A stretch of DNA of 64,000 nucleotides from a virus, in IMG/VR virus record IMGVR_UViG_3300007623_000006, positions 32,001 through 96,000 of that record, one strand, 5' to 3'. The notes under the pieces are model-generated. The model ran no database searches. It saw only the letters and a list, made by a program, of their open reading frames with translations, and had not been told where the DNA came from. This document shows positions 29,327-39,596 of this stretch, piece by piece. The position numbers and the translations under genes are program-made. How positions within the stretch are numbered: position 1 is the stretch's first letter; each line of letters opens with the position of its first letter.

Positions 29327-29546
29327 AATGAAAAAACAACTTCTTGAAAAATGGTTTAAGAGAGTGCATGAACAGATAAATTTATTAGAGTATAGAGTAA
29401 GACACTTAGACTTAAAAGACCCTGCTAACAATCATTATGATTTAATTATAAATGAAGTTGAAACTCAGTTTGAAAATATCAAAGTAATAAGGAAAGTCCT
29501 TAAAAATGACGCATTTATTAGAGGATTTGATTTCAAAGAATTATAA
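29313..29546 (+). CDS. Small coiled-coil hypothetical protein, possibly paralogous to the previous gene
   Basis: AAGGA SD; similar helix-DL.KP/DP-helix layout. Confidence 0.65.
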   Translation: METVEMKKQLLEKWFKRVHEQINLLEYRVRHLDLKDPANNHYDLIINEVETQFENIKVIRKVLKNDAFIRGFDFKEL

Positions 29547-29549
29547 ATA
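29542..29549 (+). promoter_or_regulatory. Late promoter TATAAATA
   Basis: Exact consensus, followed by a leader of about 90 nt. Confidence 0.6.
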
Positions 29550-29642
29550 CAGTAGATTAATAAGTTGTTAATCGATAGTCATAAAAAAGAGAGGGATGAC
29601 TACCCTCGGCAACCCTATAAAAATAAAAAAGAGGTAATAACA

Positions 29643-29846
29643 ATGGCAAAAATAGACGGATTTTCAGTAGAAAAAAACGGTAAAATAGTAAGAATGGTAA
29701 AATTACAATGCGATGAGTGTGGTTTTGAATGTGTAGCAGCTGAAGCTGGTATGAAAAAATTAGAAAACATTTATGCTGGGCATGTATGTAATAACTGTAT
29801 TGCTAAGAAAAATGTAGCTGTAGGTTCTAAGTGGAAAAAAGCATAA
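29643..29846 (+). CDS. Small C4 zinc-finger protein
   Basis: CDEC...CNNC; ATG 29643 after GAGGT (the ORF-track start at 29565 is unlikely). Confidence 0.7.
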   Translation: MAKIDGFSVEKNGKIVRMVKLQCDECGFECVAAEAGMKKLENIYAGHVCNNCIAKKNVAVGSKWKKA

Positions 29847-29866
29847 TCTTATTTTAGGAGATTAAC

Positions 29867-29986
29867 ATGACACTTTATGAAAAAGGCAGAGAAAGAAAAT
29901 TAGCATTAAAAACAAGAGTTGAGCTAATCAAGTCTAAACAAAGAGAAAAGACTGCTAGACTAAATCTTAAAAGAATTGGTTTATAA
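29867..29986 (+). CDS. 39-aa basic protein not in the ORF track
   Basis: AGGAG SD at 29856-29860; MTLYEKGRERKLALKTRVELIKSKQREKTARLNLKRIGL fills the gap. Confidence 0.65.
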   Translation: MTLYEKGRERKLALKTRVELIKSKQREKTARLNLKRIGL

Positions 29987-30007
29987 AGTCTGATAACAGG
30001 AGATAAT

Positions 30008-30511
30008 ATGGCAGATATTAATGTATTTAGTGACCTTAATATGAAGAGTTCAGCTTTTAGGCTGCATTCTTATGCTGGTTTCCCTACTAACCCAACACCA
30101 GGAGAGTTAACTGTCGCAGATGGTGCGCTTTTCTGTTACACTGAGTTAGAAGGTCAACTGCAATGGTTACCATTAACAAATAAAAGAGAGTTTCATACAC
30201 ACAAACAAGAGACTGCATCAAGTACATGGTTAGTTGAACACAATTTAGGTACAACTGATTTTATTTTTGCAGTATATGATGTGAATAATATGTTACAATT
30301 AGCAAATGCAACACCAATTACTGTTGATTCTATACAAGTTGAATTAACACACGAAATGATAGGTAAATGTGTTGTAATAGGTGCGAGTAATAAATTCGCC
30401 GGGTATCAATCATGTTCGGATACACAGTCTTTGACTGAAACTATTACATATGGTACTGAAGAACCAACAGGTGAAGAGGATAGTGTCCTTTATTTTCAAG
30501 TAGGAGTTTAA
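30008..30511 (+). CDS. Tail-associated protein with an HNL domain
   Basis: FPTNPTPG, HKQETASSTWLVEHNLGT, ITYGTEEP. Confidence 0.65.
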   Translation: MADINVFSDLNMKSSAFRLHSYAGFPTNPTPGELTVADGALFCYTELEGQLQWLPLTNKREFHTHKQETASSTWLVEHNLGTTDFIFAVYDVNNMLQLANATPITVDSIQVELTHEMIGKCVVIGASNKFAGYQSCSDTQSLTETITYGTEEPTGEEDSVLYFQVGV

Positions 30512-30512
30512 T

Positions 30513-33500
30513 ATGTTAAACATAAAGACCTCTCAAGGCTTTACACCTCCACAAAACATATTTTATAAAAATGGAGAAGACTTTTTACAAGTTAAAAAGG
30601 TTTTCTCTAACCCGGTGATTTTAGAAAGAAATGTACTATGTTCTTGTGAAACTGGAACATCTGTTCTTGTTAAGCAACTTGTAGGTTATATGAATACTCT
30701 TTTAGAATTACAAAAGTATGAAACACCAGAAGAACAAGCAGCTCTACAAACAGAAATTGCTTCATTATCAAATGAAATTGAATCATTAAAAATTGAACAA
30801 ATTATATTAAATCAGCAAATTGAAATAATAGATAATAATAGACATCTTATTAACAATGTCAATACTACTGCTGACGCATTAGAAAAAATTACAAAATATG
30901 TTTTACAAGACGATTCTGACCCTCAGATAGCTATTAAAATTGTTACTGGTTCTGGAACAAAAAATCCAGATGTACAATTTAGCCCTTTACCAGATGATAT
31001 GTTTAAATATGAAGGTAACTATTATTATATAGCAAGTCAAAGTAATCAAACAACTGCATTACAATATTTAACTGATATATTTGGTGAAGGAAAAGTATCT
31101 CTAGAAGTGTTTTCGTCAAACCAGATAACTACAAAAATTAGAGAAAGTCTGAAACAATATGTTGATATAAATCTTGGTTCTTTAGAAAAGATTAAAAATC
31201 AACAAATTATTATAGATAAAAAAATAGAGGCAAGAAAACAAATAATTTCTATTGACCCGTCATTAGAAACAGAACATACAGATACATTTATTAAAGAATT
31301 TTATGAAGTTTCATCTTTATTAGAAATAGACTCAACATATTCTAGTAATCTTTTACAAAATACAAGTTTAAGAGCGGACAATTTATATAATTATTCAAGA
31401 ATAGATACTAAAAGCCCTTTATTTCCATATGTTTATGAAAGTTTAAATAATAATGCTAGCGATATTCAATCTAGTATTAATACAGTTAAATCTATTAATA
31501 TAAGTAATAAAATTTCACCTTTAAGCCCTGTACAAGAATATACAAGTTCAGATATACATGAATTTAAATTTAACAAATTAGGGGCATATACAACTGGTGT
31601 TGATTCTATCTATATAGATGGTGTTACTACATTAGAAGAAACTAACGAACATACAAGAATTATTTCTGAAACAGATGATACTGTTCATAATATAAGTACT
31701 CTGAATATTAATGCAACAACTGACAATCATGTAAATATTGTTACACCAGTTGATACATATAGTTACTATGATTTAGGTGAAAATGTTACTGTTACTTCAG
31801 GTTTAGTTGATATAATTTCTGAGAATGGTGACACACTATATCCAATTGAAGCTGTTAATACAATAGCATATTCAGGTGTTGAGGAAAGTGGTAATTTAGA
31901 GATTGATGTTAAAAGTTTAGGTAGTGTTGGTACAACAATGCCAATACCATCAGAATGGGGAAATGAATTTTATGTATCATACACAATTCCGTCTTCTGGT
32001 ATAGATACAACATCTACAAACTATTTAAGATTAATTGACCGAAGTACTAATTATCATATAAAACTTGCACCTGTAAGAAATGTTGAAGGTACTTATCATA
32101 TAGTAAGTGCAATTTTATCAGATTCACAAGTATCATTATTTGGGCAAGGATATGTTTTAAATCCAGGTGATGTAGTTACTTATAAACTTGTAAATGTTCG
32201 TAATACATACAATTCTGCGTTATACAGTACTCGTACATATGTATATATTAATGGGGAGTATGTTACTGCTTTATATGGACAACCTGATACAAATTTCTCA
32301 AATGTTATATTAAGTCATGAAATTAATACGACTGATAGAAGTGTAATTTACGCTAATGGAAAATATATAAATTTTGCTGATTCGGAAAATATATTATCTG
32401 ACTTTAGAATATTTAATAAGCTAGAAATTGGTTTGGCTGAAACGAATTCTATGTCATATATTATTAGTGAATATGGAAACGAAGTTTCAAATGTTATTAG
32501 TAATGTAGATGTATCAAGTGAAACTGAATGGATAATAGCTGAAGTAAAAGATTATGTTACAACGACAGATTTACCACAAGTTACTTCAATTCAAAGTAAA
32601 CTTGGAGAATATATAATTTCATCATATTCTGGTAATGTTATAGAACTTATTGAAAGTAATGTAATAAGTGGAACTCCACATGATAAAATTATTTCTCAAA
32701 TGGGAAGTAGTGTAGTTGATTTATCTGGTGATATTAAAACAGAAGTTAATCACCCAGAATTAATTGCTAATATCGAAAGTGAAATAATTGAATTACAAGA
32801 GAATGTAAAAGTTACTATTGATATACCAAAAGTTATAAGTGAATTTGATGATAGTGTTCAAAATTTACAAGAAAATGTTAATATTGTAAATGACCCAATT
32901 CCATTTACTGTTTATCAAGAATCAGTAAAATTAAATAGATTAACTAAACCAAGTGTTATTCCTGAAGGAATTCAAATACATGGTAGAGTAGTTAAAAATG
33001 TTGGTGAATTGAATAGAATACCAGCTATAACAGTAATACCAAGTAAAATTCCAAATTATATTTCAACACAAACAAATATGGATTATATTTTTGAAATTGA
33101 TAATAATACAACAACAAATGAGACAAAAAATGCTAATATAGTTTCTCAAATAAATGAGGCTTCTACTGTTAGACTAGTTTCTCCTTCTATGATTTTAAAT
33201 AGTGTTGAAAAATTTATTGCTGTTGGTAAATCAGTTAATACTGTAAATATGGTTGAAAATCTGGTTGATGTTGAACAAGATAATAATGTAATCAACAACA
33301 TAGAAACTAAAAATATAGATATAACAGTAAATGCTAGAACTTTACCTTCTGATAAGGATGTTGCAACATTTGCAATTAGTGGAAGTAGTAGTAATGTAGT
33401 TGATATTGACTCAAGTGCCTTTATGACACCTAGCATAAACACAAATAAAATAGTTGTACAAACTAATGATAATATATCTGATATCAACAACGATAAAAAT

Positions 33501-33845
33501 ATCGGTATAAGTTCATTCTCTAATGTTATTGTAAGTCAAACAAATAATGAGATTTCAGAATTAAATTTATCTAAATATTTATCGACAAGTGTTTCAAATG
33601 TAGGTGAACCGTTTAAAATAGACAATGGTATTGTAATCAGTACAATAGGAACTTCTGTACCTGTTATTATTTCTGATTCAATTAATAGTAATAATTATAG
33701 AGTTTTCCGAACATCAGAAGGAACTGTTTATTCAGAAGTTACAACTGAACCTGTAACGACGAATAATTACTTCTATGATTATGTACAAGATAAGATGTAT
33801 AGGTTAGTGTCTTCTGATGGATACCTTGACCTTATACAAATGTAA
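30513..33845 (+). CDS. Large putative virion (tail/baseplate) protein
   Basis: 1110 aa, N-terminal coiled coil, degenerate IIS repeats of about 24 aa in the C-terminal half; context. Confidence 0.6.
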   Translation: MLNIKTSQGFTPPQNIFYKNGEDFLQVKKVFSNPVILERNVLCSCETGTSVLVKQLVGYMNTLLELQKYETPEEQAALQTEIASLSNEIESLKIEQIILNQQIEIIDNNRHLINNVNTTADALEKITKYVLQDDSDPQIAIKIVTGSGTKNPDVQFSPLPDDMFKYEGNYYYIASQSNQTTALQYLTDIFGEGKVSLEVFSSNQITTKIRESLKQYVDINLGSLEKIKNQQIIIDKKIEARKQIISIDPSLETEHTDTFIKEFYEVSSLLEIDSTYSSNLLQNTSLRADNLYNYSRIDTKSPLFPYVYESLNNNASDIQSSINTVKSINISNKISPLSPVQEYTSSDIHEFKFNKLGAYTTGVDSIYIDGVTTLEETNEHTRIISETDDTVHNISTLNINATTDNHVNIVTPVDTYSYYDLGENVTVTSGLVDIISENGDTLYPIEAVNTIAYSGVEESGNLEIDVKSLGSVGTTMPIPSEWGNEFYVSYTIPSSGIDTTSTNYLRLIDRSTNYHIKLAPVRNVEGTYHIVSAILSDSQVSLFGQGYVLNPGDVVTYKLVNVRNTYNSALYSTRTYVYINGEYVTALYGQPDTNFSNVILSHEINTTDRSVIYANGKYINFADSENILSDFRIFNKLEIGLAETNSMSYIISEYGNEVSNVISNVDVSSETEWIIAEVKDYVTTTDLPQVTSIQSKLGEYIISSYSGNVIELIESNVISGTPHDKIISQMGSSVVDLSGDIKTEVNHPELIANIESEIIELQENVKVTIDIPKVISEFDDSVQNLQENVNIVNDPIPFTVYQESVKLNRLTKPSVIPEGIQIHGRVVKNVGELNRIPAITVIPSKIPNYISTQTNMDYIFEIDNNTTTNETKNANIVSQINEASTVRLVSPSMILNSVEKFIAVGKSVNTVNMVENLVDVEQDNNVINNIETKNIDITVNARTLPSDKDVATFAISGSSSNVVDIDSSAFMTPSINTNKIVVQTNDNISDINNDKNIGISSFSNVIVSQTNNEISELNLSKYLSTSVSNVGEPFKIDNGIVISTIGTSVPVIISDSINSNNYRVFRTSEGTVYSEVTTEPVTTNNYFYDYVQDKMYRLVSSDGYLDLIQM

Positions 33846-33856
33846 GGAGCTAAATA

Positions 33857-35182
33857 ATGGCATTTCAAGCAGATGTGTTGGTAGCAAATAAAGTGATTTA
33901 TAAATCAAATGATATATTATCAGGAACTAGAGAAGTATCTCAAATGGTTTCTGATAATCTTGTTATTATTGATAGTGACTCACTTACAGGTACTAATGAC
34001 ACTAATACAATAACAAATATTTCTGATGAGATTTTATCAGGAACTTTGTATATCGATGTTACATTAGATATAAATGCTTCATCCGCAGATTACACAAATG
34101 TGATAAAAGTTAATGGATTTAATCCTTCATTTATTGAAAGTAATGATAATACTATTAAATTCATTTCAAATAACACTAATATTAATGCGTTTGAAATTAT
34201 TTCAACTGGTGCTTATACAATAACAGAAGTTAATGTTTCAAGAAATTATAATAATATTAAATTAACTTCTGATTATGTTAGTTTACCATATACATATAAT
34301 AAAGTTAAACAAGAAAACTGGAAAATTATAAGGTCTAGTGCAAAAATAGATTATGACAATTCTTTTACAGAATTATTAAATGTCTCTTTAAATGAAAATT
34401 TATTAACAAATGATGTAACTCTTTTAAAAGGTGATGTCATATCTATTGATAAAGAAACATTTACTTATGTTTCATATATAAATTCATTAGGTGAAGCAGT
34501 ATTAGATAATATTAGTAATATTCATGATGGTGTAACTGAAAGTGAATTTACAAAACAAGATGTATATAAAATTAATTTTTTAAAAGATTATAGAGATGAT
34601 ACATATGAGTATGGTTTAAAAAGTGCTTTACTTAATCAAGAAGTAAGTGGTAATATAATATATGGTGCTATGGGTGATGAGATTATAGTTGAAGCAAATG
34701 AAGGTGGTCAAATCGTTTTAGGTGAAATGTACACTACTGGTAATTATGGTAGTATAGATGCAACTGACCCATTTGAGATTCATGTAAGTGACGATGGTAC
34801 TAATTGGAATAAGGTTTATGAAAATATAGCATTATTACAAACACCTAAAACACATTTTATGTCTGGTAGTGGAAGATATGTTAAGATAGTGTTTACAAAT
34901 GAAACTAACGGTTGGGGAAGAATACAAACAAATTCAGTTAACGGTAAGTTTTGGAATTTAAGTATAGTTCATCCAGAAAGTAAATTATATAAGTTTTTAC
35001 CGTCTTTAAGTGTTAATGGGACAAAAGTAATACCGGATTATGTAGATTATTTTAATGATTATTCTATTAAAACTGTAAAGTATCCAATGACAATTATTGA
35101 TGATTTTGAGATTACAATAGATTCAAATCTAATCACTAATATAGAAAATGAACTTTGGTATGAAATTGTGGGGGTAGTATAA
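33857..35182 (+). CDS. Putative receptor-binding protein with a discoidin/F5-8-like domain
   Basis: FEIHVSDDGTNWNKVY...GRYVKIVFT. Confidence 0.55.
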   Translation: MAFQADVLVANKVIYKSNDILSGTREVSQMVSDNLVIIDSDSLTGTNDTNTITNISDEILSGTLYIDVTLDINASSADYTNVIKVNGFNPSFIESNDNTIKFISNNTNINAFEIISTGAYTITEVNVSRNYNNIKLTSDYVSLPYTYNKVKQENWKIIRSSAKIDYDNSFTELLNVSLNENLLTNDVTLLKGDVISIDKETFTYVSYINSLGEAVLDNISNIHDGVTESEFTKQDVYKINFLKDYRDDTYEYGLKSALLNQEVSGNIIYGAMGDEIIVEANEGGQIVLGEMYTTGNYGSIDATDPFEIHVSDDGTNWNKVYENIALLQTPKTHFMSGSGRYVKIVFTNETNGWGRIQTNSVNGKFWNLSIVHPESKLYKFLPSLSVNGTKVIPDYVDYFNDYSIKTVKYPMTIIDDFEITIDSNLITNIENELWYEIVGVV

Positions 35183-36159
35183 TGACAAGTGAATTAACTA
35201 ATAGATTATTTAGAGTTGATGAAATTGACCTAAATAGTCTATTATACAACGGAGTTGAAATATCTAATTATAGAATTTCATCTGAAATAGAAAGTGAGTC
35301 ATATAGTGATATCGTAGGTGACTATAGAGTAGAAATAACACCAAGTATGTTTGATGAAAATGGTGTTTGTGAGTTTAAAAGAAGTGCATTATTACCTGAT
35401 ATAAAAGGATATCAGTTTGTGTCTAAAGATACATATGTAACAGCTGATTTAGAAGCTGATATTGACTATTATGTAGCTCCAAATGGTAGTGATACAAATC
35501 ATGGTAGGTCAAGAGATTACCCAAAGAGAAGTATAAATACAATTCCAACAGGTTCAAAAATAATGTTACTTAATGGTTCATATAGTGCTACTACACTTAT
35601 GAAAAGAGATACTAATGGTGTAACAGAAACAGAAAGATACTGTACATACACATTAATAGGTGAAACTAAAAATGGTGTTACTGTAAATTGCACTCAGTAT
35701 TTTTATGACTCATATTATAATGGTTCTCTTGAAACTACATACAGAGATATGTACAGATTAAATTTATATAACTTTACTATTAGGTTCACTGCTAGTACAG
35801 GTTATATCAGTTACCCGTATTATTATAATACTGGGGTTTACAGATATATATATTCATATAATATGAGATACATAGCTACTAGTTCTATTAGTATGTTTAC
35901 CAGACAAACATCTAGATGGAGAAGTTATGAATATAATTCAACATATGTAAACACTTCTAGAGTATCTTATGGTTACTGGTATAATTATACAGATTCACAA
36001 TATGATTATTCTCCAATTTCTACAAATTATACTCAACCGTTGTTTACTATAAATGGGAATTCAGAAAATGATAATTATTATGATATTAAAGACAATAAAC
36101 TCACTATAAATACAACAAACACAGATTTTAAAAAAATAACTATAGATTTATGGGTATAG
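35182..36159 (+). CDS. Putative tail protein with a beta-helix-cap motif, Tyr-rich
   Basis: YYVAPNGSDTNHG.S...P.RSI...I.LLNGSY. Confidence 0.6.
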   Translation: MTSELTNRLFRVDEIDLNSLLYNGVEISNYRISSEIESESYSDIVGDYRVEITPSMFDENGVCEFKRSALLPDIKGYQFVSKDTYVTADLEADIDYYVAPNGSDTNHGRSRDYPKRSINTIPTGSKIMLLNGSYSATTLMKRDTNGVTETERYCTYTLIGETKNGVTVNCTQYFYDSYYNGSLETTYRDMYRLNLYNFTIRFTASTGYISYPYYYNTGVYRYIYSYNMRYIATSSISMFTRQTSRWRSYEYNSTYVNTSRVSYGYWYNYTDSQYDYSPISTNYTQPLFTINGNSENDNYYDIKDNKLTINTTNTDFKKITIDLWV

Positions 36160-36168
36160 GAGAATAAA

Positions 36169-36432
36169 ATGAAAATTTCTAAAGTAGGAAAAGAGATAAA
36201 ACCAGGGTTTTACAAATCAACATTTAGGAGTACACCAATAGAAGGTGATACACCTAAAATGAAAATTAGGTATGAAATTGAACAGAAAATATCAGATGAA
36301 GATTATGACATTTATGATATTGTTGCTGACCTTGCTAATGCATTCAATGAATTAAAAGATGGTGTAACTGATGGTCCTGCTATGGTTAAGTGGAATGAAA
36401 GACAGTCAGCTATAAAAGAAATCATAAAATAA
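36169..36432 (+). CDS. Small protein, possible fibre assembly chaperone (paralogue of 50924)
   Basis: GF..K.RY.I.Q...D.YD..AD shared with 50924. Confidence 0.55.
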   Translation: MKISKVGKEIKPGFYKSTFRSTPIEGDTPKMKIRYEIEQKISDEDYDIYDIVADLANAFNELKDGVTDGPAMVKWNERQSAIKEIIK

Positions 36433-36442
36433 GGTTGTTAAA

Positions 36443-37189
36443 ATGTCAACTTTAAAAGTAAACCAGATAAATTTAAAAAAACTTATTATTTCTGGTAAAG
36501 AATATAGACCAATTTCAAATGATACAATTACATCTGATACATTTTTAAGCGACTATAAAATTATTAAAACTGATTATGATTTATTTGAGAATGGAATATA
36601 TACATATAATATAGACAGAGGTTCAGAAGATTTAGATATATTAAGATATATTATCAAGACCACAAATTATATACAAGAGTATGATGTTACATATATAGAT
36701 GACTATACATTTAGTTTTGATAATACATATATGGTATTAGAAAAAGATATGTATTTGTATGCTGACTATGGATTGAATAGAATTAAAGAAATTGATGTAG
36801 ATGGTAATATAAGTACGGTTACTCTATATGAAAAAGTTAACCAAAAATATAATATAATAGAGCCTGTATTTGAACCTTTAGTTGATGGTAAAAGACAATC
36901 TGTTGTAAACATTTACAGAGATACTGATTACATATATGTTATGTATGATTTTTCTTATTCTACTATAACCAACAGTTTTAGTGTAACAACTACAGAAAAT
37001 TTTTATAGATTTGAGTTAGATTTATATTCAGTTATAGATGAAACTAGATTAACTGTTCAATGGAACGATATTATAAATAATGATAATATAGATATAACAT
37101 CTTCTATTCTTGTTGGGAATGAATATGTTATATTACAAAACGGACAAAAATTAACACTGGATGAAACATCTAAGTGGTTAGTAAATTAA
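36443..37189 (+). CDS. Putative structural protein
   Basis: N-terminus resembles that of 35182; context. Confidence 0.55.
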   Translation: MSTLKVNQINLKKLIISGKEYRPISNDTITSDTFLSDYKIIKTDYDLFENGIYTYNIDRGSEDLDILRYIIKTTNYIQEYDVTYIDDYTFSFDNTYMVLEKDMYLYADYGLNRIKEIDVDGNISTVTLYEKVNQKYNIIEPVFEPLVDGKRQSVVNIYRDTDYIYVMYDFSYSTITNSFSVTTTENFYRFELDLYSVIDETRLTVQWNDIINNDNIDITSSILVGNEYVILQNGQKLTLDETSKWLVN

Positions 37190-37199
37190 GGGGTAGAAT

Positions 37200-37451
37200 A
37201 TGAAGAATTTTGCAGTAGATACACAACTTGAAACTATTGAATTGGGTAATGATTCGTTACAATTTCATGAAATGGTTAAAATGGTTGACGGTAAACTGAT
37301 GACAGTTAATGGTAATACAATAATTATAAACAGTTTAATTCAGGACAGACTTAGTGTAAGTGATGATGGTACAACATTACTTTTTGATGGTGCACCTATA
37401 AAAGCAGAATTAAGTGCTGCTGAAATACTTGCAGATTTACCACAAGCCTAG
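37200..37451 (+). CDS. Hypothetical protein
   Basis: SD present; contiguous operon. Confidence 0.6.
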   Translation: MKNFAVDTQLETIELGNDSLQFHEMVKMVDGKLMTVNGNTIIINSLIQDRLSVSDDGTTLLFDGAPIKAELSAAEILADLPQA

Positions 37452-37462
37452 GAGGATTATAA

Positions 37463-37720
37463 ATGTCAATTGATAGAAAATCTGAAGTTGTTTTCAATGA
37501 GAATGGTGTTAAATTTGTAAAAAACACATTTGTTGATGCACCGAAGAATTACACAAGAAAAGAAGCTAGAAAGAGAAAGGGTATGTTAGATACATATTCT
37601 ATCGAACAACAGCTTAATGTTATGAGAAAGGCAATTTTAACGATTGCTGAAAACGAAAATATAGATTTACCTGAACTTGAAGCAATTGAAAATCTTGCTA
37701 CAGAACTTGGTATTAAATAA
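37463..37720 (+). CDS. Hypothetical protein, possible chaperone
   Basis: GGAGG SD; YSIEQQLNV. Confidence 0.6.
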   Translation: MSIDRKSEVVFNENGVKFVKNTFVDAPKNYTRKEARKRKGMLDTYSIEQQLNVMRKAILTIAENENIDLPELEAIENLATELGIK

Positions 37721-37750
37721 ATATAATAGATTAAATAGGAGAAAATAAAA

Positions 37751-38266
37751 ATGAAAATTTCTAACTTTTTTGGAATTAGTTATCACTTTACACCTAGAGT
37801 GTTAAGTAATATTAACGAAACTACTGCAAGTCTTGTAGAGACTGTTACACAAGAGGGTAATAAGATTTTATTCTTTGACGGTGATATGCCAGCTGATGAT
37901 GATTTATATGGTATTTTAAATGAAATTCAATTAAGAGAAGCATACACACCAATAATGGAAGTGACTGATTTACAGTTTACATATACATATACAAAATCAA
38001 CAAAGAAAAAACTGATTAAAAAATTACCAGTTGATGCATTAGATTTAGTATTTACAGGTGATGGTACAATTGGTTGGGCTGCAGTTATTTTAACAGGTGA
38101 TGGAAGTGTATCTGACGATATTATTTTATTTACTGATTCAATTGGTCAATGGGGTGATGATAATATGCCTATTATTATCGACAAATACACTGGTGTAACT
38201 GGTGATAAAAATGTATTTAAAGATTTCTCATTAATCTTAAGAGATACATCAAATAACGAAGCATAA
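37751..38266 (+). CDS. Array family A, copy 1 (putative virion protein)
   Basis: NFFG...F.P, FF.G.MP, DGTIGW, FTDSIG, KDFSLILRD. Confidence 0.7.
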   Translation: MKISNFFGISYHFTPRVLSNINETTASLVETVTQEGNKILFFDGDMPADDDLYGILNEIQLREAYTPIMEVTDLQFTYTYTKSTKKKLIKKLPVDALDLVFTGDGTIGWAAVILTGDGSVSDDIILFTDSIGQWGDDNMPIIIDKYTGVTGDKNVFKDFSLILRDTSNNEA

Positions 38267-38277
38267 GGAGTCACAAA

Positions 38278-39066
38278 ATGAAAGTATTAGTAAACAAGAC
38301 ATTTAACACTGAATATTTTTCAGAGTATTTAAATACAACATTAAAACCAAATTCAAAGGTATTTTCTTCAGGTGAGTTTAAAATATATGATAACGCAACT
38401 ACAGGAACAACAGTTGTAGACGGAGTTTTTCCTCAAGTATTATTCGCACCTCAATCTTATTTAGATATTATTGATGCATTAAATACAGCTTCATATAATA
38501 ATACATTAGACCTAGCAGGTTTATCATTTGATTTAGTTATAAACACATTATACGCAACAGACAGAACATCAAGAAATTATATGATTGATTACTTATTAGG
38601 TTTAGGTTTATGTAGTGCAACACAAGCATCACAAGCAAAAAACTTAGTTTCTGTTTTAGGTTCTTTTGACCCTGCAAATATTTTAGTAGAATACAACTCA
38701 GTTGATGATGTATATTCTTATTCATTTAATACACCAGTTGAATTATTACAGCCGTATGATGTTTCTAACAATGTTGGTGAAAGTGGATTATCAGAAAAAT
38801 TATATTTAGTGATGTTAACTCAAATATCTACTGCATATGGTGATGTTCTTAATGTTAATGGTGGAACTGGTTCATATTCTCCTGTTCATAAATTCTATAA
38901 CCCAGTTTTAGACACAACTGTATTACAGTCATCTTATATTGCAACAGAATTAGGTGATATTAATGACACTGAATCAAACCCAGATTTAAAATATGACCAT
39001 ATGGATAAAATTGATTATATAGATAGTTTTAGAATGAGATTCAAACTTCCAAGAGTTATCGCATAA
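38278..39066 (+). CDS. Array family B, copy 1
   Basis: VNK.FN..Y N-terminus; SYIA...D...D..D.IDYID.F...LP C-terminus. Confidence 0.7.
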   Translation: MKVLVNKTFNTEYFSEYLNTTLKPNSKVFSSGEFKIYDNATTGTTVVDGVFPQVLFAPQSYLDIIDALNTASYNNTLDLAGLSFDLVINTLYATDRTSRNYMIDYLLGLGLCSATQASQAKNLVSVLGSFDPANILVEYNSVDDVYSYSFNTPVELLQPYDVSNNVGESGLSEKLYLVMLTQISTAYGDVLNVNGGTGSYSPVHKFYNPVLDTTVLQSSYIATELGDINDTESNPDLKYDHMDKIDYIDSFRMRFKLPRVIA

Positions 39067-39095
39067 TAGCGACAAACTCTTAGGAGGGTTTAATT

Positions 39096-39596
39096 ATGGA
39101 AATAATAAACGGATATAATGGTGGCTTAAGAGTTACTCCACAAGATTGTTATGTTAGTTCAAATAATTTTGAAACATATAATGTATCTGGTGGTAGTAAT
39201 AAGATTTATTTTTTTACTGATAAAAGTATAATTGATAATAATGTATTATACAATATAAACGATGAAGCTGATTTATTAAGTACATTCTCTGAAAATTATG
39301 TTGGTTCTATTACAGGTTTTGGTTTAGATTTTTTATATAATACTAGTTTAAAGAAGAGAATAATTAAACAAAATCCTATTGATGCATTAAGATTTACAAA
39401 CGAAATAAATGGAACAATAGAATGGTGTGCTATAAGAGTAGCTACTGGTAAGTTTATTTTTTCTGATGAAATTGGTACATTTGATGTACCGTCATCTGTT
39501 AATTTAAATCAAACAAATGTAACTGCCGGTGATGAAAGTATAATGAATAGTCTAAAGTTTGAAATAAGAGATTTATCTGATGGAGAGTTGGTATGA
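39096..39596 (+). CDS. Array family A, copy 2
   Basis: KKRIIKQNPIDAL, GTIEW, FSDEIG, FEIRD. Confidence 0.7.
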   Translation: MEIINGYNGGLRVTPQDCYVSSNNFETYNVSGGSNKIYFFTDKSIIDNNVLYNINDEADLLSTFSENYVGSITGFGLDFLYNTSLKKRIIKQNPIDALRFTNEINGTIEWCAIRVATGKFIFSDEIGTFDVPSSVNLNQTNVTAGDESIMNSLKFEIRDLSDGELV

